Assembly: GCA_018238155.1 (NCBI GenBank)
Contig: JABCTZ010000006.1
Coordinates: forward strand, 64,001 to 128,000
DNA from: Candidatus Heimdallarchaeota archaeon
Lineage (GTDB): Archaea > Asgardarchaeota > Heimdallarchaeia > JABLTI01
Direction: 5' to 3'
DNA: 64,000 nt
This document shows, piece by piece, positions 51,501 through 62,593 of the stretch; position 1 is the stretch's first letter; each line of letters starts with the position of its first letter. Below the pieces are notes generated by a model that was not told the DNA's origin, ran no database searches, and worked only from the letters and a program-made list of their open reading frames with translations. The position numbers and the translations under genes were made by a program.

Positions 51501-52901
51501 ATGAATGTTCTAGTGCTAAGTTTTCTAGTTATTTCATCTCTTTTACTTCTTGTTTTAGTTGTTATTTCACTTTCCTTTCTTGGGCTATATCTCTCAGAAT
51601 TAGGTTTGTGGTTTTCTTGGTTACCTTTTGGGTTAGTTATTGCTTCTATTCCTTTTCTAATACAATTATCTGCTGAACCTCACCCAAGTGTTGATTTCTT
51701 TTTATTGTTGCTAAGTACGATTTTTAACATAGGTACATTTCTTAGATTGATTACTCCTTTTCTATTGATCTATCGAACAAATAAAGAATTCAAAGCAAAA
51801 ATGAAACAATCACTAGGAACGGACTATTTATTATATATCGACCCTAGAATTAGATCCCGGTTTTTCAAGAACGTTCACTTTCGATTGAAGCACTATTTCT
51901 GTGGAATAAGAGAAAAAAGGCTTCTTCAGAATATTGAGATACAAGAAGATGTTATCTACAAGACAGTAGGAAACGAGGAAATAAGATTAGATGCCTACTA
52001 TCCAAGAAAAGATGGCCTATTTCCAATCATTGTTTTTATTCATGGTGGGGGTTGGATGAGGGGTTCAAAAGATGAGGGTACGAATGAAAAGGTTGTTATG
52101 TTGCTAGCAACATATGGCTATTCAGTTTTTAATATTGATTATCGATTATCCCCTTCTGAACCTCTGACTCACAATATAAAACGTCCCCATGAACATCCGA
52201 CTATTCTTGAAATGGTATCTGATGTAAAATCAGCAATAACATTTGTTTTGAAAAATGGAACGCAATATAAAGGAGATACAGAGAATATTTTTCTATTTGG
52301 CAGATCTGCAGGTGCACATCTAGCTCTTCTAACAGCATTTAGTTTTGATGAGAGCTTCTTTGATGAATGCAATGAGAATTTCTCATTAGATAATTCACCA
52401 ATAACGGGTGTGATAGCTTTCTATCCAATAACCGATATGGAAGATTTAGATGAATTTTATGATGCTCTAAATCCTTTAAGATTAGCCCTTGTAAGGGGAA
52501 CTGGTGGAATAGAAGAAGAGAAGCTTAATCTGTATGAGTTGTTTTCTCCAATAAAATATGTGACAAAAGATAATGCATCAAAGCTTCCTCCGATTTTTCT
52601 TGCAGCAGGAAAGTTTGATCGAATTGTCGATGTTTATCAATCAGAAGAATTATCTGAAGAGCTTGATAAATTAGCTATCCCGAATGTTTATCTTGAACTT
52701 CCGTGGGCAAATCATGCATTTGATTTGTTGCTTTCAGGACCGGGAGGACAATTAGTGATTAAATATATGACCCAATTTTTAGTTTGGAGTCTCTCTAGAA
52801 AGAATCTACTTCAAATTGAAGCACTTGCAAACAAGTCTGGGTTAACAAATATCGTTTCTGTTGCTAAGATGAAATCACTTCAACAAACAAAGGAAAATTG
52901 A
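51501..52901 (+). CDS. membrane-anchored alpha/beta hydrolase (HSL-like esterase/lipase)
   Basis: HGGGW, GRSAG, D and H (ANHAFD). Confidence 0.9.
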   Translation: MNVLVLSFLVISSLLLLVLVVISLSFLGLYLSELGLWFSWLPFGLVIASIPFLIQLSAEPHPSVDFFLLLLSTIFNIGTFLRLITPFLLIYRTNKEFKAKMKQSLGTDYLLYIDPRIRSRFFKNVHFRLKHYFCGIREKRLLQNIEIQEDVIYKTVGNEEIRLDAYYPRKDGLFPIIVFIHGGGWMRGSKDEGTNEKVVMLLATYGYSVFNIDYRLSPSEPLTHNIKRPHEHPTILEMVSDVKSAITFVLKNGTQYKGDTENIFLFGRSAGAHLALLTAFSFDESFFDECNENFSLDNSPITGVIAFYPITDMEDLDEFYDALNPLRLALVRGTGGIEEEKLNLYELFSPIKYVTKDNASKLPPIFLAAGKFDRIVDVYQSEELSEELDKLAIPNVYLELPWANHAFDLLLSGPGGQLVIKYMTQFLVWSLSRKNLLQIEALANKSGLTNIVSVAKMKSLQQTKEN

Positions 52902-53040
52902 GTGATAGAGTGTAGATTTTTGAATACCTATTGATAGATAGCATTTTTTTTCAGATTTATGTAGTAATATATAGTTCATTGTACCATTGTTTAATTGTGT
53001 GATGTAGTTACCATTGGTTGGTTGGGTTGGTTAAAAAAAC

Positions 53041-54471
53041 TTGATAACACAAGCAATAATTCTTTTAGCAATTGCAGTAGCCCTCTTCTTAATAATGGTA
53101 CCAGTTTCATACTCCATTTTTGGTATTTGGTTATCAGAATTGGGGTTCTGGGTTGCTTGGATTCCTCTTGGAATGATTGCTTATGAAACATATCAAATAA
53201 TTGCAATAGAATCACAAATTGATTTACTACCTGTACAAGGTATATTCTTCGTTTGTATCATTTTTAATTCGATTACGCTTGTAAGAATGATTATTCCACT
53301 CATTAGAGTAAAATCTACAAACAAACGTCTATCGCAAGCAATGAAACAATATCTTGGACCTGATTATCTCCATTATATTGCTTCTTCAAATTGTGTCGGG
53401 TTCTTCAGTTGTGTAAAATTCAAATTTACTTATTATTTAACAAGCTTACAACGTAAGAATTTGAATAAACGGGTAATAACAATCAGAAATTTGACTTATC
53501 GTGTGATAGATGGAAAGGATTTGAAATTAAATATTCATTATCCAACAGCAGAAGGAATAAATCCTATTATTGTATTCATTCATGGTGGAGGATGGATATT
53601 TGGTTCTAAAGATAAACCTGCTCATGATCGGGTTTGTAAATTACTGGCAAGTTTCGGATACACAGTATTTAATATCAATTATCGATTAATACCTCCTGAA
53701 TATATTTTCTCCAAAAAACCTTTACTATTTGAAAATCCAGTATTGAACGAACTAGTTTCAGATGTTGATAGTGCAATTTCATTTGCAATAAAAAATGCTC
53801 TTAAATATAATGGGAATCCAAATAGTTTATTCCTATTTGGTCGCTCTGCAGGAGCACATTTAGCTTTGTTGAGCACTTTTCTACCTGATACATATTCAAA
53901 AATATCTGGTGTCATCGCTTTATATCCTATTACTGACCTAGAAGGATTCTATGATTTTTACAAAAATAATCACAAAAGAAAAATCTCCTTGATAGGAAGC
54001 TCATTTGACGATACAGATGAACATCTGATGCTTTACAAGCTCTTCTCACCACTTAGCTATATCAATGAAGATACAAGTGAGGATATTCCACCTGTTTTCC
54101 TAGCTACTGGTGATAAAGATCGACTTGTAAATCCTGAACAATCAAAGAAATTGTTCAAACGAATGCAAAAACTAGGAATACGTAGTGTGTTATTGGACCT
54201 TCCTTGGGCAAACCACGGTTTTGATCAAGTTCTACTTGGTCCAGGTGGACAATTGGTGTTCAAGTATCTCATTCAATTTTTGGCTTGGGTTATAGCTCAG
54301 CAAGAACTGGATGATATAGAATTCAAAGCGAAAGAATTTGGTTTAGATTCTGTTCTCTCGAGAGAGAAAATTCGCTCTATACATAGTATTGATGATACTA
54401 GAAAAACTAGAAAAGAGAACATTGTGAATGTTGTCTCAACGAATGAAGAACGATATAAACGTGAAAAATAG
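53041..54471 (+). CDS. membrane-anchored alpha/beta hydrolase, tandem paralog
   Basis: HGGGW, GRSAG, ANHGFD; same LSELGxW N-terminus. Confidence 0.9.
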   Translation: MITQAIILLAIAVALFLIMVPVSYSIFGIWLSELGFWVAWIPLGMIAYETYQIIAIESQIDLLPVQGIFFVCIIFNSITLVRMIIPLIRVKSTNKRLSQAMKQYLGPDYLHYIASSNCVGFFSCVKFKFTYYLTSLQRKNLNKRVITIRNLTYRVIDGKDLKLNIHYPTAEGINPIIVFIHGGGWIFGSKDKPAHDRVCKLLASFGYTVFNINYRLIPPEYIFSKKPLLFENPVLNELVSDVDSAISFAIKNALKYNGNPNSLFLFGRSAGAHLALLSTFLPDTYSKISGVIALYPITDLEGFYDFYKNNHKRKISLIGSSFDDTDEHLMLYKLFSPLSYINEDTSEDIPPVFLATGDKDRLVNPEQSKKLFKRMQKLGIRSVLLDLPWANHGFDQVLLGPGGQLVFKYLIQFLAWVIAQQELDDIEFKAKEFGLDSVLSREKIRSIHSIDDTRKTRKENIVNVVSTNEERYKREK

Positions 54472-54507
54472 TTTTTCAAAATAGAAAAGTAAACAACAGA
54501 CAGGACG

Positions 54508-55086
54508 TTGGTTTGTATTATGGTTGATCGATGTTGGTGGGCAGGAACAGATAAAATGTATAATGATTATCATGATTTAGAATGGGGTGTTCCTGTTCAT
54601 GATGATAGAATTCTTTTTGAGTTTTTAACACTAGAAGGAGCACAAGCCGGACTCAGTTGGAGAACAATACTCGAGAGAAGAGAGAATTATCGATTGGCAT
54701 TTGATAATTATGATTACAAGAAAATTGCTCAATACGATGAAAGTAAAGTTGAAGAACTTAGAAATAATGCCGGAATCATTAGAAATAAATTAAAAATTCG
54801 CTCAACTATTACAAATGCAATTGCTTTTCTTGAAGTGCAGAGAGAATTCGGTTCTTTTAATGATTACATTTGGTGTTTTGTTAAGAATAAGCCAATTCAA
54901 AATAATTTCAAAGAACCAAAGGATGTTCCCGCTAAGACTGAACTATCTGAGACCATTAGTAAAGATTTGAAAAAAAGAGGTTTCAAATTTGTGGGTCCAA
55001 CGATTGTTTATGCCTACATGCAAGCAGTTGGCATGGTAAATGATCATACTGTTGATTGTTTTCGATACAAAGAACTGTTAGAATGA
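54508..55086 (+). CDS. tag: DNA-3-methyladenine glycosylase I
   Basis: RCWW, YHDLEWG, LEGAQAGLSW, IIRNKLKI, FVGPT, NDH...C. Confidence 0.95.
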   Translation: MVCIMVDRCWWAGTDKMYNDYHDLEWGVPVHDDRILFEFLTLEGAQAGLSWRTILERRENYRLAFDNYDYKKIAQYDESKVEELRNNAGIIRNKLKIRSTITNAIAFLEVQREFGSFNDYIWCFVKNKPIQNNFKEPKDVPAKTELSETISKDLKKRGFKFVGPTIVYAYMQAVGMVNDHTVDCFRYKELLE

Positions 55087-55119
55087 TTAAATGATTAATC
55101 ACTCCATCAACCAACCAAT

Positions 55120-55713
55120 TTATTTTCTTTTCCTTTGAATTGTTAGACTGAAAAAGACAAAAGCAAGAATTCCTGTAATAATTGTTATTGGCATTTCAAG
55201 ACTGATTTCTTCAGTGGGTATCAGTCCACTATTGATTTGATAATATTCTAAAGTTAGGTAGAGTGTATCTTGGATAGCACTAGTTAAGCTTTGATCATTG
55301 TCAACTTCAAAATAAAAATTCAAAGGGAGAGAATATTCCTCTGTCTTTGAAACATTAATTTTGATACTGATATTACCACTACTTTCTTGGCATCGAAGAA
55401 TACGTAAATATCCTAAGTTACCAAATTCTCTTTGGTTTTCATCAGATAATGTTTCTAAACTCCAAAAATTAATTACTGCAGCAGAGCATGTTGCTCCTAT
55501 GGAGCCGGGCCAATTAAAGTAGGCAATAAATTCTCCATTTCCTAATACTTCAAAAATTTCAATTGGAGTATCTTTTGCAGTGTCTTCTGATATTTTGAAT
55601 GAAGTAGTATAGGTAGGAGTAGCTTCTAAACTAGTAACTTGTAAGTTGAACATATTTATACTTAAGATCAGAATTATCAGTAAAATATTGGATACATGCT
55701 TTAATTTTGACAC
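55120..55713 (-). CDS. secreted anchored hypothetical protein
   Basis: Signal peptide; C-terminal TM plus RKRK. Confidence 0.7.
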   Translation of the reverse strand: MSKLKHVSNILLIILILSINMFNLQVTSLEATPTYTTSFKISEDTAKDTPIEIFEVLGNGEFIAYFNWPGSIGATCSAAVINFWSLETLSDENQREFGNLGYLRILRCQESSGNISIKINVSKTEEYSLPLNFYFEVDNDQSLTSAIQDTLYLTLEYYQINSGLIPTEEISLEMPITIITGILAFVFFSLTIQRKRK

Positions 55714-55823
55714 TATCGATTCACCAAGTAATAAGCAGCACGGTACAGTTTTAGTCTATTTATTAAAAAAGTAATAAGAAGAGTAGAAAAAAAATTAGAA
55801 ACGAAAGAATTCTCCACCTGTAG

Positions 55824-56462
55824 TTAAGTGAAGAGTGTTGGGATATCTGCTATAGTATATAATCTTGCTAAAGCAAGTAATAAAGCCATACAAACACAGA
55901 GAAAAGCATTGCCTAACAACCATCTTTCAGTCCATTTAACATTTAGAGTTCTACGTTGTTTTCCCTTCCGGTCTTTAAAAACGAAAGGAACATGCATGAG
56001 AAAAGTACCTTTTTTCTGACCAATTCGCAATTCTCCATTTTTCAAATCCCGTATATTGATATTTGGGAAATAGTCTAAGAAGAGATGTGAACCATAAGCA
56101 ATAATGAATGGGATAAAGCAGCTAATGAGAGGATCATTTGCTGTGACTCTCCACCACATACTTAATCCAAAAACGATTCCTGGATAAAAGGATGAATGGG
56201 ATACGATATCTCTATGAGACATGAAACTATAGAGAACATCAAAATCTGGTCCTTCTGCTCCAAGGATTGCTAACAATAAAGCAATAACCCAATAGAGCCA
56301 AATGTCTGATAATCCCGCTCCAAATTTATCGTTAATAAGGATGAAATCAATGGGGATATATGCTGCACCTAATATTATACCAATAGTTACATGAGCTGTT
56401 CTGTTTGCCAATAAATTCCCACCTGTGTTTCTTTTATAAGAAATAAGTAATTTAGTATTCAA
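55824..56462 (-). CDS. membrane metal-dependent hydrolase (YdjM-like)
   Basis: H, PDFD, HRDIVSHS, SHLFLD. Confidence 0.8.
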   Translation of the reverse strand: MNTKLLISYKRNTGGNLLANRTAHVTIGIILGAAYIPIDFILINDKFGAGLSDIWLYWVIALLLAILGAEGPDFDVLYSFMSHRDIVSHSSFYPGIVFGLSMWWRVTANDPLISCFIPFIIAYGSHLFLDYFPNINIRDLKNGELRIGQKKGTFLMHVPFVFKDRKGKQRRTLNVKWTERWLLGNAFLCVCMALLLALARLYTIADIPTLFT

Positions 56463-56556
56463 ATATGTAAAAATCTTTTGGGAACAAAAAGCACTTCAGA
56501 CTTCAAAAAAAATTGATATAGGAGAATAATTCATCGAGCACACGAGGAAGTAATAC

Positions 56557-57534
56557 TTGACAATTCAAGATGATAAGAACAATACAGATGGTTTTAAGGA
56601 TCTAACATTCAAATATGAAGGTCCAAAATGGGATGCTCATGTTCATCTTTACAAACTGGATGATGTTCGTGAATTTGTTAAATATTCTCAAGGATATAAT
56701 GTTCAAAAGATGACTGCTATTGTAAGAGAAGATTGGAAAACTTATGAAAAAGAATTTCCAGAAAGATTCGTTTTTGCTCGTTTCATTATGTCCCAAGATC
56801 TTTTCAAAGGAGATATCAAAGCAGTTGTCAATGACTTACAAGAAATGCATGACTCTGGGTATCCTATTGCAAAATTCTGGTATGCACCTAGATGGCGAAA
56901 ATATGTAGATGAGAAGTATCAAGCTAATATCGAAGGATTTAGAATTGATAACCTTGATTTAGACCCTATCTTTTCCAAAATCGAAGATCTGGGATTAACG
57001 TTGTTATTTCATATCTCCGATCCAGACATTTTTTATGATACTAAATATCAACCAACCAGTTACTATGGAACTAAAAATCAACATTTGGAAGAATTTGAAA
57101 ATATTGTCTCGAGACATCCCAATATGAAAGTCATTGGTGCACACATGTCAGGACAACCAGAACACTTGAATGATTTAGGAAAATGGTTTGAAAAATATCC
57201 CAACTTTTACGTTGATACTTCATCTGCAAAATGGATGGTCCGTGAATTTTCCTATGATCCTGACGGAACCACTGAATTCTTTGTCAAATATCAAGACAGA
57301 ATTATGTTCGGTACGGACATTGTAACAGGAAGAGCTGATCGTGAACCAATTCCGGGATATTATTACAAACGCTATCTCTCTCTTTTAGCATTATTGGAAA
57401 CAGATGTAAGAGATTTACCATTACCCGTCGAAGACCCTGAAAATAATAATAAAACGGTAATAAATGGGTTAGACCTACCAATGAACGTTCTGAGAAAAAT
57501 CTACTGGGAAAATGCTAAACAACTCTTTGGTTAA
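56557..57534 (+). CDS. amidohydrolase family protein (Amidohydro_2)
   Basis: DAHVH, FH, GAHM, VDTS, MFGTD, ENAKQLF. Confidence 0.9.
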   Translation: MTIQDDKNNTDGFKDLTFKYEGPKWDAHVHLYKLDDVREFVKYSQGYNVQKMTAIVREDWKTYEKEFPERFVFARFIMSQDLFKGDIKAVVNDLQEMHDSGYPIAKFWYAPRWRKYVDEKYQANIEGFRIDNLDLDPIFSKIEDLGLTLLFHISDPDIFYDTKYQPTSYYGTKNQHLEEFENIVSRHPNMKVIGAHMSGQPEHLNDLGKWFEKYPNFYVDTSSAKWMVREFSYDPDGTTEFFVKYQDRIMFGTDIVTGRADREPIPGYYYKRYLSLLALLETDVRDLPLPVEDPENNNKTVINGLDLPMNVLRKIYWENAKQLFG

Positions 57535-57773
57535 TTTTCCTTTTTTCAATAATGATATCAAATTTGTACAATCAATTATCCACAGACATTCAGTAGTTGA
57601 ATGGGGTTTTATTTTTAGAATGTATCACTTAATTTTGATATTGGACAGTAGGGATTAGCAGAAGAGATTTTACTAAACAACAATCTGAATATTAATAGAA
57701 ATCTCAAAAAAAAAATTTTGACTCATTTTCATTATTAGAAACTGGAAGAAGAATTGGAAAGTTCTATCTTTTT

Positions 57774-58028
57774 CTAAACTTTACTTCCAAAACGTGTTCT
57801 AAATCTTGAATAGCCTCTTGAGTGATAATTTCTAATGACTCCTTTTGAAAGGATGGTATCACCACATCTCGGACATGAGTAAAAGTTTTGATAGTATTTG
57901 TGCTCTTTGAATTTCAAAGTAATGAGTTGTCCACAGTTTGGACAAAATCTCAGTGTTTTCATTTCTTCACGCGCTTCTCGTTGCCAATCGATTAATGTAT
58001 CTTCATCAAACATTCTTATCGGAACCAA
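57774..58028 (-). CDS. small zinc-ribbon protein
   Basis: FCPNCG...SCPRCG. Confidence 0.7.
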   Translation of the reverse strand: MVPIRMFDEDTLIDWQREAREEMKTLRFCPNCGQLITLKFKEHKYYQNFYSCPRCGDTILSKGVIRNYHSRGYSRFRTRFGSKV

Positions 58029-58319
58029 TAATTTTTTCTCTCGATCATGGTCCCAAAGTTTCCCATTCTAGATTCAATTGGCAATTCAATTCAGATAATA
58101 TAAAACACTAGAAAAACAAATCTTTGTCTCGTTTAAAAGAAAACAATGATAAAGTGTTTAATGAGAAAATTTTGCCCGGAAAAAGACAATTCAATGCAAT
58201 AATTTCGAGATAATTCCCTCAACTTAACCGTTAAATTCACAATATATATTGAATTTGTGCTTTTAAACCTAACAAATAATCGCGAAAAGAAGAAATAAAA
58301 TGAAGAGAGGAAAGTTGGT

Positions 58320-58565
58320 CTATTTCTTTCCTTCTAAACCGTAGATGCAGAAATAGCCACCTTGAAGATTATCTCTCTTGTAGATCGGGCATCCGAAACA
58401 AGTGCATCCTTTGTCAACAATTTTATCTGCTATCTCAGATTTTCCCCGAGCGCAGAAAAGTGCATGTGGAGCAACTTCTTTTAGTTTATTTTCTTTGAAT
58501 GTTGGGCACATACCACAAAAATCCTTACAGATCATCATGTTTTCTTTATTGTCTTCAACGGGCAT
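58320..58565 (-). CDS. DUF2769-like Cys-rich protein
   Basis: CGMCPTF, LFCARGKS, GCTCFGCP, YFC. Confidence 0.8.
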   Translation of the reverse strand: MPVEDNKENMMICKDFCGMCPTFKENKLKEVAPHALFCARGKSEIADKIVDKGCTCFGCPIYKRDNLQGGYFCIYGLEGKK

Positions 58566-58701
58566 TGTTACTCACTCATTATCTATACGCTTCTATAATA
58601 TATTATAAGCATGTTCCTTAAAGAAATAAACCTTTTTTATTAGGTTAATTGAACATTTTATAATGCTCATTTTTGAGTATTTATTGGTGGTTGCTATTCT
58701 T

Positions 58702-59733
58702 TTAGTTGACTTTTCTCCTCTTAGCTTTAACAATAAATATTAGCATAAGAATAGATGTACATAGAAGTAAAAATTGATGAGTAGTAGCTAAACTTAGAAC
58801 TGAATTGATGCAAATACTTTCTTCCAATTCATATATTCCGATGTTTCCCAATACATCTTCAGCGATGATTTTCAAACTATAATTACCAACAGGAACTTCA
58901 TCTATGATGGTACTAAAAATAGGATTATTTTTGTACAATTCAACTTTGGTATATTCATATTGAGATTGATTATCTAAAACCAGAGAAATTTTTGCAGTTA
59001 CCTTTTTTGTTGCGAATTCGTCCCTCAATTCAACAATAATTGTTATTGATTCTGTTTCACCTGTGGCTACTGAACCAATAGTATACTTGATGATTTCTGG
59101 GGGCTCTGTTTCATAAAACCCTAGCGCTTTGAGAATACCTTGTTGAGCTAATGTATACATAAAGGGGAAATCTGCTGTTACAAATGGACCATCAATAACA
59201 ATTTCATCTGGAACAAAATTTCCACCTGCATTAACGACATCAGCTGAAATTACTGCATTGCCACTAATGTTGTATCCGGAAATGATATCTGCAGCAACGA
59301 ATACAATTGGTCCCGCACAAATAGCTACCATAATCAAACCGCTTTCAAAAACCTCTACAGTCAAATCAATGCTTTCAGGAATATCTAGTAGTTTCCCTGC
59401 AGAGCTTCCACCAGGAACAAAGAAGAAATCATACTCAGAGACATTATTCATATCATCGATTAAAAAATCCGTTTCAAGAACAACTCCATTGCTAGTAGTT
59501 ACAGAATTTTCAGGAGCAACTATCGATATTTTACATCCGAATTCTGTTAGAAACTCAATAGGATAAGTGTACTCCGAATGTTCAGCTCCATCTGTCATCA
59601 ATACAAGTCCATGTACATTTTCTAATGGTTTGTTACTCATTGAAGTTATTTCTGTGGAAACAATTGAGCTTTTAACCTGAATACAGAAAATAAATAAAAT
59701 CAATGACAATAACATAGTGCTTTTTTTACTCAT
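58702..59733 (-). CDS. secreted DJ-1/PfpI-family protein with Ig-like domain and C-terminal TM
   Basis: DGAEHSE, VPGG, AICAGP. Confidence 0.85.
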   Translation of the reverse strand: MSKKSTMLLSLILFIFCIQVKSSIVSTEITSMSNKPLENVHGLVLMTDGAEHSEYTYPIEFLTEFGCKISIVAPENSVTTSNGVVLETDFLIDDMNNVSEYDFFFVPGGSSAGKLLDIPESIDLTVEVFESGLIMVAICAGPIVFVAADIISGYNISGNAVISADVVNAGGNFVPDEIVIDGPFVTADFPFMYTLAQQGILKALGFYETEPPEIIKYTIGSVATGETESITIIVELRDEFATKKVTAKISLVLDNQSQYEYTKVELYKNNPIFSTIIDEVPVGNYSLKIIAEDVLGNIGIYELEESICINSVLSLATTHQFLLLCTSILMLIFIVKAKRRKVN

Positions 59734-59840
59734 ATAATCCCGCAGATATAGCTTTTAATATCTGTTGAAAAATAAAAAGGAGGGCACTACTCTAGCAAAA
59801 AGTAGCTTGTAGAAAAGAAAAATTATTTATTACCAATCAA

Positions 59841-60809
59841 TCATTTTTCGATTATTTTAATGGCAATTGGAAAGTGATCACTGTATCCTTCTTCATTATA
59901 TTTTTGCTTAGAAGGTCTACCAAATCGTTTTGGTATATTGTAATCTCCTTCTTTCATTCTTTCATATCTGACAATTTCAGCAGGTGCATCTGAGAGAGCA
60001 AAATCGCCTTCATCCATTAGAAGACCTCGAGATACCATTATTTGATCCAACATTGATGGAAAATTCTGATAATAGTAAGTACCAATACTTTTGCCCATTT
60101 CTTCCCACATCAAATTGAATAACCTTGGAGTGGTTTTTTTGGCTTTAATAACTTTCATCTTGCTGGATGTGCTCAAAGCATAATCAACTAAAGAACGATT
60201 GAATGGCTCATCGTTAAAATCACCCATAACGATTATTGGAGCCATCTTACCTTTAATTTCATGTATTCGATAATTCCAATAAGCAAGAGTTTCACCGGCA
60301 ACAATTCGATAAGGTTCGGATTCAAGCACCCCTCCACTCCGAGCAGGCCAATGATTGCCGATAACAATAATTTCTTTCCCGCTTTCTTTTATTTTGAAAT
60401 TCACTTGATAAATGTCTCGAGTAGCAACACGTTTCATAATTACATGAGAAAAGTCTAAACCCTTCTCGAAAATATTTCCATCATAGATGAATGCTACATC
60501 GATTCCTCTTTTATCTTTGCAATCATGATGAGCAAGTTGATAATTTCTATCAGAACTATTGATTTTTTCAACAAGTTTCTTCAATACATTATCATTTTCA
60601 ATTTCACAGACACCGAGTAAATCAGGTCCTTTCTTTTCATTCATATTTTGAATGATGTCAGCTAGTTGAGCTAATTTCTTATCAAGAACATCTTGAGTCC
60701 AACCTTTAAGCTCATTTTTAATTGTTCGTTTCAGTTTTTCTGATCTTTGCTCATAATCCTCAACATCAAAAAGGTTCTCAACATTCCACCATGCTAAATA
60801 ATATTCCAT
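59841..60809 (-). CDS. endonuclease/exonuclease/phosphatase family protein
   Basis: WNVENLFD, CEIEN, NHWPAR, MGDFND, LDQI, SDHFP. Confidence 0.92.
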   Translation of the reverse strand: MEYYLAWWNVENLFDVEDYEQRSEKLKRTIKNELKGWTQDVLDKKLAQLADIIQNMNEKKGPDLLGVCEIENDNVLKKLVEKINSSDRNYQLAHHDCKDKRGIDVAFIYDGNIFEKGLDFSHVIMKRVATRDIYQVNFKIKESGKEIIVIGNHWPARSGGVLESEPYRIVAGETLAYWNYRIHEIKGKMAPIIVMGDFNDEPFNRSLVDYALSTSSKMKVIKAKKTTPRLFNLMWEEMGKSIGTYYYQNFPSMLDQIMVSRGLLMDEGDFALSDAPAEIVRYERMKEGDYNIPKRFGRPSKQKYNEEGYSDHFPIAIKIIEK

Positions 60810-61122
60810 GTCATTTTAACCTCAAGATTTACGTTTTATTCCTACAATTAAAATACTAATTAACTGATTTAAGTTTTATGAGAGAAAAAATGGCATAAAT
60901 GAAACAGAAACTCTTGAAAATGTCACTGAATATATAGCAAAATTTGTTGATGAGCTTTTTGAATTGGAAAATCATTTGAGATGGGTCTATTTTAGGGTAA
61001 TTATAAAATTGTATCGAGATAAAGAATGCCCATATGATCAAGCGGAATGTCCGTTTTAATTTTTTTTTAAAAATAAAAAAGAACAATAGCTTTGACGCGC
61101 TTTGCTATTGTAAATTTGGATA

Positions 61123-61581
61123 TTAGTTAAACCAGAATAGAATCATTGCAAGCAATCCTCCTGTTTGGCATAATCCCAAGATAATTCCAATTATTGCTTT
61201 ACTTCTCTTATAGGGATTGAGAGCACCAACAATACCAAAAATGATTGCTAATATTCCTCCTAAACCAGGCATGATGAAAAATCCAAGTATAGCAAAAACT
61301 ACTGCTAATTCTGCAGCTTGATTCTTCCGGAGGGTTGGGTGTTCACCAACTTGAACATATGTTGTTTGCGTTGCTGCACCATATTGATGACTTGGAGCTG
61401 CTCCTAGAAAGGGTTGCTGCTGAACTGGTTGGGGATAAGGTTGAGCCGTTTGAGTTTGAAGTGGAGTGCTTGGAGAAGTATTGTTATCTAAACTTGCCCC
61501 ACAAGACTGACAAAATATATCACCTGTTTTTGATACACTTCCACAATAAGGACAATATGAATCTGACATAAATGATTTCAC
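61123..61581 (-). CDS. zinc-ribbon + DUF4190-like membrane protein
   Basis: YCPYCG..FCQSCG, Q/P-rich linker, 2 TM. Confidence 0.8.
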   Translation of the reverse strand: MKSFMSDSYCPYCGSVSKTGDIFCQSCGASLDNNTSPSTPLQTQTAQPYPQPVQQQPFLGAAPSHQYGAATQTTYVQVGEHPTLRKNQAAELAVVFAILGFFIMPGLGGILAIIFGIVGALNPYKRSKAIIGIILGLCQTGGLLAMILFWFN

Positions 61582-61734
61582 CTAAGAATATAATTTAATA
61601 TTATCTCATCAACAATATAAACATCAGTATTCAAACAAAGGTTTTTATCAATAATAGTAAATTTTCACATAATACTATTCACGAGAGAGAAAACAAATTT
61701 TTTTTTACTGCTTTAGCATTTTCAGCTGATTTTG

Positions 61735-62364
61735 TTATTCATCTTTTGTTTTATCATCATTAGCTTCTTTTTCTTCTTCATAATTCAAAGAAAATGAATT
61801 TGAAACCCACTCTTCTAAGTCTTCATTTTGCTCAGATCTAAATGCAGACCCTTCACCGTAATTTTCCTCTCGCCATTTAGCCATAATTTCTGATTTGTCG
61901 TTTTCCTCAATTAATTTGCCATTTCTAATTTTCAGTTCAAAAACAGTTTTATAAGCCATGGGTTTCTTAAATCCCATATGGGCACCCATATCTTCTACAA
62001 AATCTTTGGCTATTAGAACTCCTCCTGTGAAATTTAATTTCAAAAATAATTCAATATAATAGAATTTGAAAAAGTTTCAATTAGATTCTATACTAGGCTC
62101 TTTATTGAAATCGGGTTTACCTAGTACTTTTGGTTGTTTATCATTTATTTTTCTCTCTTTTTCAAGATTGATAAATAAATTATCAATCACAAGATGATTG
62201 TCAATAATATTATAGAATGCTTGAAAGCCACGCCAACAACCAGATGAAGTAGAGTAAGGTTCTAAACCATGCTCTTTTGGTGAAAATAATTCACCGCCTC
62301 TTACTCCACAAATAGCATATTCTTCCTCTTTGAAGAAAAATTTATCAGAAATTTGAATTGTCAT
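61735..62364 (-). pseudogene. single gene interrupted by in-frame TGA at 62077-62079
   Basis: The two listed ORFs share a frame: ...IESN*NFFKFYYIELFLKLNFTGG... Confidence 0.75.
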
Positions 62365-62593
62365 TTGTGTATCTCAAGATGTTTCTATTATTTAGAAATA
62401 AATTCTTTCTGTTCTGTCTAGTAAAAGAGTTTTGCTAATTAATTCCTTTTTACATGCTTCAACTAGAATTAGTATTCTCATTTCGAATGAAAAAATACAC
62501 AATAATATAGATATTATTAACTCAAAGACGTTTCTTAAACAAATTGAGCAATGTTAAAAAAAATGAATAAAAGAAAGAATCGTATTGAGAATG

